Shown here piece by piece: positions 10,301 through 20,025 of a stretch of 64,000 nt of DNA. The DNA is from Aquificaceae bacterium (GTDB taxonomy: Bacteria; Aquificota; Aquificia; Aquificales; Aquificaceae), in NCBI GenBank assembly GCA_037925075.1, contig JAXSNR010000001.1, forward strand, positions 416,001 through 480,000, given 5' to 3'. The notes beneath the pieces were generated by a model. It had not been told where the DNA came from. It worked only from the letters and a program-made list of their open reading frames with translations, and did no database searches. The position numbers were made by a program, and so were the translations under genes. The stretch's first letter is position 1; each line of letters begins with the position of its first letter.

Positions 10301-10546
10301 TTCAATGTCTTTGAGTTCCCAAAGTTTTTTCTCAAGGGGGGCCACCACTCTCCTTTCCACCTCCTCCGGTGTGGCACCTGGGTAGGAGATCATTATGTCT
10401 ATCATGGGAACCACTATCTGTGGCTCCTCATCCTTGGGAGTGGTAATAACCGCAAACAAGCCTAAAGCAAGAGAAACCAGTATTAAGATGGGTGTGAGCT
10501 TTGAGTCTATAAAGTAGTTGGCAAGCCTTCCCGCAAAGCCGTACAT
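7304..10546 (-). CDS. RND efflux transporter permease subunit
   Basis: 1080 aa, two-repeat multi-TM architecture, GILVDDAIVVVEN, RTRPILLT, EEPQIVVPM N-terminal motif. Confidence 0.95.
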   Translation of the reverse strand: MYGFAGRLANYFIDSKLTPILILVSLALGLFAVITTPKDEEPQIVVPMIDIMISYPGATPEEVERRVVAPLEKKLWELKDIEYIYSASMEGMAVVTARFYVGTDPVKALVDLNTKMMSAMDLAPPGVILPPLIKPKSIDDVPILTLTLWGKNYDHYDLRHIAEAIENEIKKVQNVADVFIVGGRPRQVRVILDPQRMTAYDISPLHMVQLIQSANAQSLSGKVVQGGREYVVRTGEFLRSKEDVENIVVGVYKGRPVYMKDVATVIDGPSEARDYVFMGFGPKHEEKGIKGVGSGELFPAVTIAVSKRVGTNAVEVAKEVLELVEHLKGKIIPKDLEVTITRNYGETAKEKADTLIKKLIIATFSVILLIAVALGFKEAIVVGIAVPVTLAIALFLSQVFGFTLNRVTLFALIFAIGILVDDAIVVVENVHRWFELKLTKTPREAIVRATDEVGNPTILATFTVIAALMPMAFVTGLMGPYMRPIPINASVAMFFSLLVAFIITPWASYLLLKKKFDQEHEKHEIDIKETLFWRLYSRLMVPLLTSKPKRYAFYGFTLALMGLSVGLLLTKVVVVKMLPYDNKSELQIVIDMPEGTPLEKTLEVTKAVGDYISKQSIVTDYQIYVGTSAPFNFNGLVRHYYLRQNSNLADIQVNLISKDKREEQSHDFAKRTRPKVHEIAKRYGAKYVAVVEVPPGPPVLSPIVAEVYGPELKVQQNFAREVLRVFKESKSITDEGIYLEDPAPLVKLVVKEDKAKLAGLSKQEIVHILQALLGGYQAGIMQNTDTQHTPIIVRFDERYRTLETLKMLQITTRDGKRVPLSELVEVKEDTVPTTIYHKNLRRVVYVIGDVAGREEAPFYGILDVRSQIKSLPNPYGEVKELWMSLPLVEDGIYVKWDGEMHITLEVFRDLGIAFGVALFVMYVLILGWFKDFRVPSIIMAPIPLTLVGIIPGHLIMSAFFTATSMIGFIALAGIIVRNSILLVDFAEERIKDGVPPHLAVIEAGVIRTRPILLTAVAVIVGAFVIIFDPIFNGLAISLIFGTIGSTTLTLVLIPVMYYASRVKRIEKLPTPEEVQRDILR

Positions 10547-10548
10547 CT

Positions 10549-11667
10549 TTAACCTCCTACCCTACAACCCTCGCAAGCCTTCTCAATCCCCTGAATAACT
10601 ATCCTCTCACCCTCCTTTAAACCCGACAGCACCTCTACCTTATCTCCCCTCCTTTCACCAAGCTTTACAAACCTTAGCTCTAAGGTGTTATCGGGCTTTA
10701 CAACCCATACACCTGTAAAGTCAAAACGTTTCACTATGGCTGATTCTGGAACAAGAAGCACATCCACTTTTTCAGGTATAAGTAGGTTGGCGTACATACC
10801 GCTCCTTATGCCTTCTGCGTTTTCAAGCTTCAGCTTTACTCTAAAAGTTTTGGTGACAGGGTCTAAGGCTTGAGAAACCTCTACTACCTTGCCCTTTATA
10901 GACTTTCCCAAGCTGGGTATATTCACCTCGTACTCTTGTCCCACCTCAACCCTGCCTGTGAACCTTTCTGGTAGGAAGGCTTCAAAGAGATACGGAGGTG
11001 CTTCCACCACAAGAAGTGGATGACCGGGTACTGCAAGGTCTCCCACATCCACCGTCTTCTGAACCACATAACCACTGATTGAGGAGGTTATGTTTGCATA
11101 CTTTAGATTGCTGGCGACCGCCTGCCTTTGGCTTTGCAAGGCTCTTATGCCGGCTTTTGCCTGTTCCACCTGTGCCTGAGCGGACTCAAACTGAGCTTTT
11201 ATCTGGTCAAATTCCTGTTGGGTGATGGCACCTTCCTTTAGAAGGGCGGAATATCTCTCAAAGGTCTTCTTTACAGCTTCGTAGTTGGCCATGGCGGACC
11301 TAAGATTTTGTTCAGCCTGTGATATCTGATGGCCTACCGCATCCGCCTGAGCTTGTACATCCTCCGCATCTACGCTTACAAGGATCTGACCAGCCCTTAC
11401 ACTATCACCCTCCTTTACAAAAACACCCTTCACTTTCCCCATGATCCTTGTGGAAACCTCCACCCTTTTGTCCGCCACTATCTGACCCGTGTACGGGCTT
11501 AGAACCTCCGACAGCCTTTCCACAGTGCCTAAAGTTATGCCTTGAACAGTTTTTATTTGTTTGGCAACCTCACCAGGCTTTTCCTTCTTTGAAAGAAAGC
11601 CCCCAAGCCAGACTATCATGGCAAGGATTATGAAAACGAAAACCACATACTTTATCCAACCCTTCAT
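10549..11667 (-). CDS. RND periplasmic adaptor (membrane fusion protein)
   Basis: N-terminal TM, lipoyl half-motifs (VKEGDSV, VDVGDL), coiled hairpin, DPVTKTF. Confidence 0.93.
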   Translation of the reverse strand: MKGWIKYVVFVFIILAMIVWLGGFLSKKEKPGEVAKQIKTVQGITLGTVERLSEVLSPYTGQIVADKRVEVSTRIMGKVKGVFVKEGDSVRAGQILVSVDAEDVQAQADAVGHQISQAEQNLRSAMANYEAVKKTFERYSALLKEGAITQQEFDQIKAQFESAQAQVEQAKAGIRALQSQRQAVASNLKYANITSSISGYVVQKTVDVGDLAVPGHPLLVVEAPPYLFEAFLPERFTGRVEVGQEYEVNIPSLGKSIKGKVVEVSQALDPVTKTFRVKLKLENAEGIRSGMYANLLIPEKVDVLLVPESAIVKRFDFTGVWVVKPDNTLELRFVKLGERRGDKVEVLSGLKEGERIVIQGIEKACEGCRVGG

Positions 11668-12974
11668 TTCCTTACCTCCTCCACAGAACCTGCACTGTAA
11701 AGAACATCCATATAAGCCTTATGGCAGGCGTTTATTGCCTGTACTCTTTCAAGCCTTGCCTTATCAAGCTCCGTCTGGGCGTCCAGTATGTCCACCATTC
11801 TGGCAAGGCCGTTTTTGTACCTGACCTGCATAACCCTTAAAACTTCTTGACTACTCCTTATTCTTTCTTCTGCGGACCTGAACATACCAAGGGCATTTTC
11901 GTACTCTGCGTAAGACCTTTCAAGGTCAAAGACCGCGGAATCCTTTAGGAGTTTTAACCTTTCTTGAAGGCTCGCCTTTCTCTCAAGGTTTGCTTGAGCT
12001 CTTCTGAGGGTTGTGAGCCCTGTATCAAAGGTCCAAGATAGCCCTATTCCCGCAAGATAACCCCTTCCTTCTGCACCAAAGGGATAATCCTTTGAGTTGA
12101 GGAAATACTGTGCAAAGGCAAAAACATGTGGCAGGTTGTCCGAGAGGGTAAACCTGTAAGCTTCCTCAAGGCTCTTGATCCTCTCCTCTAAGGATTTTAT
12201 GTCCCCTCTGTTTTGAACCTTTTCTTTTAGAGCCCTTATGTCTACCTCAGGACACTGTCCTACAGATTGAACTTCAAAATCCCCAAGCGGAACACCCACC
12301 ACCACCTCAAGCCCCTTCTTTGCCACCTGATAACCTCTTATGGCCTTTTCAAGGTTCTCTTCCGCCTTTGAAAGATACACCTTTGCCCTCAGCACATCAG
12401 AAAGCAGGGCAAGACCTACCCCATGCATCTGCTCCGCAAGCCTGAGGTGCTCCTTTGCATCTTCCACCGCTTGCTTGGCTACCCTTATGCTTTCCTTGGC
12501 AAGGACTGCACCCATGTAAGCCTTGTACGCCTGCCCTATGACCTCCTCCTCCCTTCTTTCCAGCTCCAAGCTCATAGCCCTGTACTCGTACTGTGCCATT
12601 CTATTTGCAGATTGAAGCTTACCACCTATCCATATGGGCACCTCAAGGGTAAACTTTGTTTCAAAGTTGTTTATGGCCTTTGGGTTGTTTAACCTTGCTG
12701 GGTCAAAGTCCTGCATGGTTATCCTCTCCTGATTGAGCTTGTTCATAAAGGCGTAAGCGGGTACATCAGTTCTCGTATAGGTCTCTTCGAGCTTAATCTT
12801 AGGGAAAAGGGCACCCCTTACCGCCTTGAGCTCCAACTCCTGAGCTTTAAGGTCTCTCTGGGCAGACTTTATCAGAGGGCTGTTCTTAAGGGCAAGGTCC
12901 AAAACCTTCTTTATTTCAATCTCCTCCGCAAAAACTAAGCTTAGCGTGGTAAGTAGAAAAATCAAAACTCTCAT
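11664..12974 (-). CDS. TolC-family outer-membrane efflux protein
   Basis: Signal peptide, ALKNSP, duplicated coiled-coil repeats, YKNGLARMVDILDAQ; first gene of the triad. Confidence 0.9.
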   Translation of the reverse strand: MRVLIFLLTTLSLVFAEEIEIKKVLDLALKNSPLIKSAQRDLKAQELELKAVRGALFPKIKLEETYTRTDVPAYAFMNKLNQERITMQDFDPARLNNPKAINNFETKFTLEVPIWIGGKLQSANRMAQYEYRAMSLELERREEEVIGQAYKAYMGAVLAKESIRVAKQAVEDAKEHLRLAEQMHGVGLALLSDVLRAKVYLSKAEENLEKAIRGYQVAKKGLEVVVGVPLGDFEVQSVGQCPEVDIRALKEKVQNRGDIKSLEERIKSLEEAYRFTLSDNLPHVFAFAQYFLNSKDYPFGAEGRGYLAGIGLSWTFDTGLTTLRRAQANLERKASLQERLKLLKDSAVFDLERSYAEYENALGMFRSAEERIRSSQEVLRVMQVRYKNGLARMVDILDAQTELDKARLERVQAINACHKAYMDVLYSAGSVEEVRK

Positions 12975-13014
12975 GACTTTTCAGATTATTATTATATCCT
13001 TATATTCTAATATG

Positions 13015-13614
13015 TCAAGCGCCTCCCAGCAACTCCTTAATGGTGTTTATAACGTATAGCCTTATCTTTGTGGAGTTAACATCGTCAACGTCGATCTCAA
13101 AGCTTAACTTTGAACTGTACTGGTTCTCTTCCATTATCCCCACTAGCCTTGCAGTGCCAAAGACTCCCGCAAGCTCTTCTCTGCCGGCAATTTTAAAATC
13201 AAAGCTTCTGTCTAGCATCCCGGGTACTATAGATGTATCCGTTAACCCAAGGGAGAAGCCTCCCTCCGATATATCAAGAGGTGTAAAAGCTCTGAAGATA
13301 CCGTCAATCTTGAGAAGTACTACGAAAGTCCTATCCTTTTGAACTGGAACCCTTGGCTTGCTTCTGTCCCCAAACCTCTTCTCGCCAGCGTAAAAGATAT
13401 CCACTATGATTTGTTCGTTTTTACCTACAACCCTTCCTGGAAGTACAAAGCACATGTATCCAAGGTTTATCACATCTCCAGTGAGTATTAACCTTCTGGC
13501 AAGTGGTGTGGCGCTCAGGTAGACCTTCCCTTCTTGATACTTGATCTTTTCAAGCCTTGCATGAAATAGTACACTCCCCTCAAGGGTTTTGTACACGTCA
13601 ACAAAGTCTGCCAT
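13015..13614 (-). CDS. PilZ-domain c-di-GMP receptor-like protein
   Basis: RSKPR (RxxxR) followed by DISEGG (D/NxSxxG). Confidence 0.75.
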   Translation of the reverse strand: MADFVDVYKTLEGSVLFHARLEKIKYQEGKVYLSATPLARRLILTGDVINLGYMCFVLPGRVVGKNEQIIVDIFYAGEKRFGDRSKPRVPVQKDRTFVVLLKIDGIFRAFTPLDISEGGFSLGLTDTSIVPGMLDRSFDFKIAGREELAGVFGTARLVGIMEENQYSSKLSFEIDVDDVNSTKIRLYVINTIKELLGGA

Positions 13615-14914
13615 TAAGCATTCCCTCCACCAACTTTTCCATCTTCATGCTCCTTGAACCCTTAAAAAGTATAACAGCTTCTTTGTTAGCATGCTCAAGA
13701 AGCCACTGAAGAAGCTCTTCATATGCTTTAAAGAATAAGCATCTTCCGCCCAGCTCCTTGCACGTCTCATAGGCGTGTTTCATAGCGTTTCCAAAGAATA
13801 GGCATAAATCTATGCTAAACTCAACGCACAGTCTTCCCACCTCTCTGTGGTATCTTTCAGAATCTTCCCCAAGCTCTAACATATCCCCTAACACCGCAAC
13901 CTTTTGCCCTCTGAACAGGCTCAAGCTCCTTAGAGCCATCCTTACAGAAGGTGGATTGGCGTTATAGGTATCATCTATGAGTGTTAGCTCACCCACCTTC
14001 AAAAGGCGAAAGCGTCCCTCCACTGGACTAAAGTCCGCAAGGTCCTTGTAGAAATCCTTACAATCAAGACCAAGAGCCTCAAGTATGGCAAAGGCACACA
14101 AAGCATTTTCTACTACCGCAAGGCTTGGAACTGGAATAAACACACGCACCCCATCTACCTTGAAGCTTACACCTTCTTCTGAAAGCTCTATTTCTTCAGC
14201 TTTGAGCCTTCCCTCACCAAATATAAGCTTTCTTGGTATTTGGTAGCAATGAGACACATAGGCAGGGCATATGCCACAATCCTCTTGTCCCATCTGATAG
14301 AAAATCTCACCGTTTCCAAGCACCACATCATCAAGGCACCCAAAGGTCTCAAGATGCTCCTCACCTATGGCGGTTATTGCCCTTACATGGGGCTTTACCA
14401 GTTGTACAAGCTTTTTTACATCTCCCTTTTGGCTTGCTCCCATCTCCACAACCCAAAAAGGGCAGTCCTCTTCAAAGTTGGCTATTGAGAAGGGAACACC
14501 AATCTGAGAGTTGTAATTTCTGGGAGTTTTGCATACCTTGCCTACTTTTGAAAGCAAAAAGGCTGTAAGCTCTTTTGTGGTGGTTTTACCAGCAGAGCCC
14601 GCTATGGCAATAACCTTGCCTTTGAAGTTTTCCCTTCTCCAGCTTGCAAACCTTCTTAAAGCTTCTACAGAGTCTTCTACTATCAACTGTGGAACATCCC
14701 CTGAAATCTCAAGCCTTCTTTCACATACCACCCCCACAGCCCCTTTCTTTATAGCCTCCATAGCAAAGTCATGACCATCATGAACCCTTCCCCTTATTGC
14801 CACGAATATTTGACCCCTTTGCACGCTTCTACTGTCAATGGAAAAGCCACTGAAAGGTGCTGGCTTTCCAAGATGTTTAGCCTCAAGAAGCTTAGCCAGC
14901 TCAAAGGTGGTCAT
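13598..14914 (-). CDS. murF: UDP-N-acetylmuramoyl-tripeptide--D-Ala-D-Ala ligase
   Basis: [34 protein letters not shown]. Confidence 0.95.
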   Translation of the reverse strand: MTTFELAKLLEAKHLGKPAPFSGFSIDSRSVQRGQIFVAIRGRVHDGHDFAMEAIKKGAVGVVCERRLEISGDVPQLIVEDSVEALRRFASWRRENFKGKVIAIAGSAGKTTTKELTAFLLSKVGKVCKTPRNYNSQIGVPFSIANFEEDCPFWVVEMGASQKGDVKKLVQLVKPHVRAITAIGEEHLETFGCLDDVVLGNGEIFYQMGQEDCGICPAYVSHCYQIPRKLIFGEGRLKAEEIELSEEGVSFKVDGVRVFIPVPSLAVVENALCAFAILEALGLDCKDFYKDLADFSPVEGRFRLLKVGELTLIDDTYNANPPSVRMALRSLSLFRGQKVAVLGDMLELGEDSERYHREVGRLCVEFSIDLCLFFGNAMKHAYETCKELGGRCLFFKAYEELLQWLLEHANKEAVILFKGSRSMKMEKLVEGMLNGRLC

Positions 14915-16017
14915 AGAATTATATTATAAAGCTCAAGTAATTTCTTCTTTGTAAACTTAAATATTCTTTCAATAGCCTCATCATAACTTGAAAAGCTCCC
15001 AGGATAGTTCATTTGTATGTAATCCACATCAACATCCACTTGTTTCATACTTTTAACCACACCAAGAACCTTCTCACTTGGAGGTATATAAGGTGCTATA
15101 ACCGCGAACTCATCACCCCCTATACGGAATATAACCGGGCTCATTATGTCTATAACATCTTCCTTCATGAGTTTTAGCACCACATCTTTTATATCATGCA
15201 TAGAACAGCACTCAAGATTTATAGCCCATACAAGCCTTTTAAGTACTTCATTTCCCCCTTCCCAACCCCTCTGTAGATTTATCTCCGTTAAGTTTCTTAT
15301 ATCAAAAACCGTAAGACAAAAGGTGTCTTTTTGCTCCACAAAGGCTTTCAAAGCAGGAAGGAAAAGGTCACCCCTTATGGCACCCGTTGGGTCAATATAC
15401 TGAAAGCTCCATCTTATTTTTTCTATCTCTTGGTTCACATGTGAAGGGTTTACGCTAACGTATTCAAGGCTACGCAGGGCTTTTATTGCATAGGGTACCA
15501 CATCGGGATCAAAGTGCATTGAAGCAAGCTCCTCCATCTCACGGAAAGCCTCTTCCCAAGTTTTCGCCTTCTTGTATATCCTTCTTGAGGTCATGGCTTC
15601 AAAGGAATCCGCCACCGTGTATATCCTTGCAAGAAGGGGTATTTCTTCACCCTTGATACCAAAGGGATAACCGGTTCCATCGTACTTTTCCTGATGGTAG
15701 AGAGGCACCTCCAAAGCTTCTTTAGGTATGTCTGAATCTTTCACCATTTCATAGCCAAGTCTCACATGCAACTTCATTATTTCAAATTCCTCTTTGGTAA
15801 GCCTTCCCGGCTTAAGGAGTATTACATCGGGTATGGCTATCTTCCCCACATCGTGGACCATACCACCAATACGAAGATGTTCAAGCTCTTTGGCGGATAG
15901 TCCCATACTCTCCCCTATTTTCAGGGCATAAAACACCCCTCTATCCGTATGCCCCCTTGTGTAAACATCTCTATACTCGAGAACCTTAAGCAGTGTATGT
16001 GCTATATTTAACTGCAT
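14911..16017 (-). CDS. HD-GYP phosphodiesterase fused to a C-terminal divergent GGDEF domain
   Basis: [38 protein letters not shown]-terminal FDIRNL...FRIGGDEF. Confidence 0.85.
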   Translation of the reverse strand: MQLNIAHTLLKVLEYRDVYTRGHTDRGVFYALKIGESMGLSAKELEHLRIGGMVHDVGKIAIPDVILLKPGRLTKEEFEIMKLHVRLGYEMVKDSDIPKEALEVPLYHQEKYDGTGYPFGIKGEEIPLLARIYTVADSFEAMTSRRIYKKAKTWEEAFREMEELASMHFDPDVVPYAIKALRSLEYVSVNPSHVNQEIEKIRWSFQYIDPTGAIRGDLFLPALKAFVEQKDTFCLTVFDIRNLTEINLQRGWEGGNEVLKRLVWAINLECCSMHDIKDVVLKLMKEDVIDIMSPVIFRIGGDEFAVIAPYIPPSEKVLGVVKSMKQVDVDVDYIQMNYPGSFSSYDEAIERIFKFTKKKLLELYNIIL

Positions 16018-16046
16018 CTGGCATCAGCACAAATATATACCAGTTC

Positions 16047-17252
16047 TCACCGCTTCGCAAGATTAGACTTTGAAGTAATTTTCAGGCCACTAAACCAGAA
16101 AAGGCCAAGCACAACCCATATAAAGACAGCTATAAGTGCAATAGAGCTCATGTAATGGTATCCATGCTTTAGCACATAGCCTCCCCAAAAGCCTCCAACA
16201 AAGGCTCCAAGGAACTGGGTAGTGTTAAAAAAGCCAAGGGACAAACCCCTTATATCCTTGTGGGTCAATTTGGTAAGAAGAGAAGGTATGATGGCTTCAA
16301 GCAGGTTAAAGCCCAAAAAAAAGAAAAGGACCATAAGCACTATGCCCACAAAGTTTTCAAGTAAGGCAAAGGAGAGAAAAGAAAGCCCCAAAAGAAGGGC
16401 TCCCAGCATAAAAACCTCTCTGAACTTTCCCCTTTTTTCCGCAAAGACCACCGCAGGCACCATAAAGGCAAGGGCAAGGAGTATGGTAGGTAGGTATATC
16501 TCCCAGTGTCTAAGCTTGGGAAAGTTGTAAAGATAAACAAGCTCGTAGGGTACTACGGTGAATATAACCACCATGAAGGCATGAGTGAGGGCTATGGAGA
16601 GGTTTAAGAAAAGCTGGTTTTTGTCCGTAAGTAGCATGGTGATGTTTTTGATGGATGGGTCTATTTCCCTTTCCTTGGATCTATGGGTAGGTTCGGGAAC
16701 AGTTAGCACAAGCACTACGACCACAAGAAGGCTCAAAAAGGCAGTAAGAAAAAACAGAAAAGGAACTCCAAACTTACCCGCAAGCACTGGAGCTATTGTG
16801 ATGCTGAGGGCAAAGGTAAGCCCTATTGAGGCTCCTATATGGGCAAAGGCTCTCGTCCTTACCTCTTCTCTGGTTAGGTCCGCAGATAAGGCTATCATGG
16901 CTGAAGAGACCGCACCAAAGCCCTGAAGGAAACGTGCAAAGACCATACTCCATATGTTTGAAACCAAACCCGCCATAAGGCTACCTATGGCATAGGTGAG
17001 CATGCCTACCAGTATGATGGGCTTTCTTCCGTACTTGTCGGAGAGATAACCAAAGGGTATCTGAAGAAGGGCTTGTGCAAAACCGTATATACCTATGGCA
17101 AAGCCTATAAGCTGAGGAGTTGCACCCTCAAGGGTCTTAAGATATGGAGAAAGCACGGGAAGAAGAAGGAAAAGACCGAGCATACGCACCATAACCGCAA
17201 AGGTTATGCTCAGTACTACCTTTCTTTCTTGTGGTGCAAAGTCTTTAAGCAT
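16047..17252 (-). CDS. MFS transporter (YajR-like)
   Basis: About 12 TM segments, motif A GYLSDKYGRK, RMLGLF N-terminus. Confidence 0.9.
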   Translation of the reverse strand: MLKDFAPQERKVVLSITFAVMVRMLGLFLLLPVLSPYLKTLEGATPQLIGFAIGIYGFAQALLQIPFGYLSDKYGRKPIILVGMLTYAIGSLMAGLVSNIWSMVFARFLQGFGAVSSAMIALSADLTREEVRTRAFAHIGASIGLTFALSITIAPVLAGKFGVPFLFFLTAFLSLLVVVVLVLTVPEPTHRSKEREIDPSIKNITMLLTDKNQLFLNLSIALTHAFMVVIFTVVPYELVYLYNFPKLRHWEIYLPTILLALAFMVPAVVFAEKRGKFREVFMLGALLLGLSFLSFALLENFVGIVLMVLFFFLGFNLLEAIIPSLLTKLTHKDIRGLSLGFFNTTQFLGAFVGGFWGGYVLKHGYHYMSSIALIAVFIWVVLGLFWFSGLKITSKSNLAKR

Positions 17253-17254
17253 GA

Positions 17255-18268
17255 TTAAAATTGCTTTAGAAACCTAAGGTCGTTTTCAAAGAAGAGCTTT
17301 ATGTTGTCTATGCCAAAGTATAGCATGGCGAGCCTTTCTACACCCATTCCAAAGGCAAAGCCTTGATATTCTTCAGGGTCTATGTTGCAGTTTTGAAGCA
17401 CCGCAGGATGCACCATACCACAGCCCATCACCTCAAGCCATCCGCTTTCTTTGCAAACCCTACAACCCTTTCCACCGCATATAACACAGCCTATATCCAC
17501 CTCAGCGGATGGTTCTGTAAAGGGAAAGTAAGAAGCCCTAAACCTGACGGGTATATCCCTTTTAAAAAACTCCTTCAAAAAGGTTTCTATGGTGTATTTC
17601 ATATGTCCAAAGTTTATGTCTTTGTCTACCGCTAAGCCCTCCACCTGATGGAACATGGGTGAATGCGTTGGGTCGTCATCCCTTCTGTAGACCCTTCCCG
17701 GTGCAATCATGTATATGGGGGGCTTTTGAGAAAGCATAGTTCTTATCTGAACGGGGGATGTATGCGTACGCAAAAGATAGCCCTCTTTGTTGACATAAAA
17801 GGTATCCTGCATATCTCTGGCTGGATGCTCCTCTGGTATGTTGAGCATATCAAAGTTGTACTCTTCGAGCTCCACCTCGGGACCTTCCATCACAGAAAAG
17901 CCCATGCTCACGAAAATGTCCCTTATTCTTCCCATCGTTTGAGTTATGGGATGAAGGCTCCCAACAGAAGGCTCAAGGGGGACCGAAAGGTCAAGCCACT
18001 CTTCAGAAAGCCTCCTTTCAATCTCAAGAGCCTTTAGCTTTTCTTCTTTTTTTCTAAAAAGCTCTTCCGCAAACTCCTTTAACTTATTTACCCTAAGCCC
18101 GTACTCTCTTCTGTCTTCCGAAGGTAGATCCTTTATACGGGCTATTGCTTGGGTTATAAGACCCTTTTTTCCAAGATACTTGGCTTTAAGCTCTGAAAGC
18201 TCGTTAAGTCCGCTTATCTTAGAAATACTTCCCTCAAGCTCTTCCTGTATTTTCTGAAGGTCTATCAT
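17255..18268 (-). CDS. pheS: Phenylalanine--tRNA ligase alpha subunit
   Basis: [40 protein letters not shown]. True start taken as MIDLQ at 18268 (ATGA overlap with rplT), not 18451. Confidence 0.97.
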   Translation of the reverse strand: MIDLQKIQEELEGSISKISGLNELSELKAKYLGKKGLITQAIARIKDLPSEDRREYGLRVNKLKEFAEELFRKKEEKLKALEIERRLSEEWLDLSVPLEPSVGSLHPITQTMGRIRDIFVSMGFSVMEGPEVELEEYNFDMLNIPEEHPARDMQDTFYVNKEGYLLRTHTSPVQIRTMLSQKPPIYMIAPGRVYRRDDDPTHSPMFHQVEGLAVDKDINFGHMKYTIETFLKEFFKRDIPVRFRASYFPFTEPSAEVDIGCVICGGKGCRVCKESGWLEVMGCGMVHPAVLQNCNIDPEEYQGFAFGMGVERLAMLYFGIDNIKLFFENDLRFLKQF

Positions 18269-18624
18269 ACAGCCTGAGCCAAGGCTTCCTTTGCCTTGCT
18301 TACCACCTGAGCAAAGCCCTCTGGGTCTCTTACCGCCATCTCCGCAAGCATTTTCCTGTTTAGCCCTATACCAGCCTTGGAAAGGCCCTTCATAAACTTG
18401 CTGTAAGAAAGCCCATGAGCCCTGACCGCTGCGTTTATACGAGCAATCCATAGTCTTCTGAACTGTCTTTTTCTCTGCCTTCTGTCTCTGTATTGGTACT
18501 GAAGGGCTCTAAACACATACTCCTTTGCCCTCCTGTATACATTTTTACGCTGACCTCTAAAGCCCTTTGCAAGCTTTAGTATCTTCTTTTTAAACTTCCT
18601 TGAAGAAGGACCCTTTACACGCAT
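18265..18624 (-). CDS. rplT: 50S ribosomal protein L20
   Basis: [38 protein letters not shown]. Confidence 0.98.
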   Translation of the reverse strand: MRVKGPSSRKFKKKILKLAKGFRGQRKNVYRRAKEYVFRALQYQYRDRRQRKRQFRRLWIARINAAVRAHGLSYSKFMKGLSKAGIGLNRKMLAEMAVRDPEGFAQVVSKAKEALAQAV

Positions 18625-18629
18625 CTTAG

Positions 18630-18670
18630 CCTCCTACACTTTCTTGAAAACCGAATTCTAAATTATACCA
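18630..18670 (-). promoter_or_regulatory. Extended -10 promoter and SD for rplT
   Basis: TGgTATAAT at 18670-18662 (overlaps the lipA stop) and AGGAGG at 18635-18630. Confidence 0.55.
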
Positions 18671-19487
18671 TAAAGTCCTCCGCATGGTAAGAAGACCTTG
18701 CCAAGGGCTTGGAAAGAACATTTTTAAAGCCCATTTCAAATGCCATCTCTTCAAGCCTTTTGAAGTCCTCCTCATGATAGAGCCTTTTTACAGGGTAGTG
18801 TCTTGAGCTTGGTCTAAGATACTGTCCTATAACAAGAAGGGACACCCCTACGCTTCTTAGGTCTTCCATGGTTTTTATTATCTCCTCCCAGCTTTCACCA
18901 AGGCCAAGCATTATGGCAGACTTTACGGGAGATACCTTTGCTTCCGAGTAGAACTTGAGCACCTTCAGGCTTCTTCTGTAGTCTCCTTGAGGTCTAACCT
19001 CTTTGAAAACCCTCTCCACCGTTTCTATGTTATGGGAAAGTACATGGGGCTCTGCCTTTACTATCTGCTCAAGGGCTTTTTCAGAACCCTGAAAGTCTGG
19101 AGTTAGCACCTCAACTTTTAGGCTTTTGTCTCTTGACTTTAAAAACTCCACACACCTTTTGAAGTGTCCAGACCCAAAGTCCGGCAGATCATCTCTGTCC
19201 ACAGAGGTTATCACCACATGCTTTAGCTTAAGCTCTCTTACCGCATGGTAAAGTCTGAGGGGTTCTGAAGGGTCTGGGGGCTGTGGCTTCCCACTGGACA
19301 CATGACAGTACTTACAGGCTCTTGTACAGACCTTCCCTAATATTAGAAAAGTCGCTGTCTTCTTTGAAAAGCACTCTCCCATGTTGGGGCAAAGAGACTC
19401 CTCGCAGACGGTATTGAGAGAATACCTTTTTATCACCTTCAATGTTTCTCCAACAAGATCCAACTGTGGTGCCCTAACTAAGAACAT
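18663..19487 (-). CDS. lipA: Lipoyl synthase
   Basis: CEESLCPNMGEC auxiliary-cluster motif, CTRACKYC radical SAM motif, RSSY. Confidence 0.95.
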   Translation of the reverse strand: MFLVRAPQLDLVGETLKVIKRYSLNTVCEESLCPNMGECFSKKTATFLILGKVCTRACKYCHVSSGKPQPPDPSEPLRLYHAVRELKLKHVVITSVDRDDLPDFGSGHFKRCVEFLKSRDKSLKVEVLTPDFQGSEKALEQIVKAEPHVLSHNIETVERVFKEVRPQGDYRRSLKVLKFYSEAKVSPVKSAIMLGLGESWEEIIKTMEDLRSVGVSLLVIGQYLRPSSRHYPVKRLYHEEDFKRLEEMAFEMGFKNVLSKPLARSSYHAEDFMV

Positions 19488-20025
19488 ACCTTAACAGCTC
19501 CCTTTTTCCTCTACCCTCTTTCGCAGAAGTAAGTATAACCTCCGCATGAGATATATCTCTGACCTTTTTAAGAGTTGAGCTAATATCCCTTTGACTTGCC
19601 TTGTCGCATTTGGTGAGGGCTATCAAGTAGGGAAGCTTAAGGCCTTCTAACCAGTGGATGCCCTCCCTATCCAGCTCGGTGGGACCTACAAGACTGTCAA
19701 TTAGTAGGACTACAAGCCTTATGTTTTTCCAACAAGTATGAAAGTATTTTTCTATCCTTCTTCTCCACTCTTCTCTCAACTCCTTTGAAACCTTAGCAAA
19801 GCCATAGCCCGGAAGGTCCACAAGATAAAGCTTATAATCCTCAAGTAAGAAGAAGTTTATGGCCCTTGTTCTTCCCGGCTCTTTGCTAACCCTTGCTATA
19901 TCCGTTCCCACAAGCATGTTTATAAGGGAAGACTTTCCCACGTTTGACCTACCCACAAAAACCACATGGGGCAGCTCATCCTGTGGAAACTCTTCCAAAA
20001 AGCTCCCCACAAACCTGACCTTCAT
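19474..20025 (-). CDS. engB: Ribosome biogenesis GTPase EngB/YihA/YsxC
   Basis: GRSNVGKSS, PGRT, DLPGYG, TKCD, TSA. Confidence 0.95.
   Translation of the reverse strand: MKVRFVGSFLEEFPQDELPHVVFVGRSNVGKSSLINMLVGTDIARVSKEPGRTRAINFFLLEDYKLYLVDLPGYGFAKVSKELREEWRRRIEKYFHTCWKNIRLVVLLIDSLVGPTELDREGIHWLEGLKLPYLIALTKCDKASQRDISSTLKKVRDISHAEVILTSAKEGRGKRELLRYVLS

Noticed and set aside
16018..16046. Possible sigma54 promoter before the HD-GYP gene
   Set aside because: The GG-to-GC spacing is 11 rather than the required 10 nt.
18269..18451. N-terminal extension of pheS in the ORF track
   Set aside because: Alternative frame inside rplT; ATG 18268 gives a normal-length PheS. The extensions of tatA, pilT, rpsB, uppP and the ArnT-like gene were trimmed on similar grounds.
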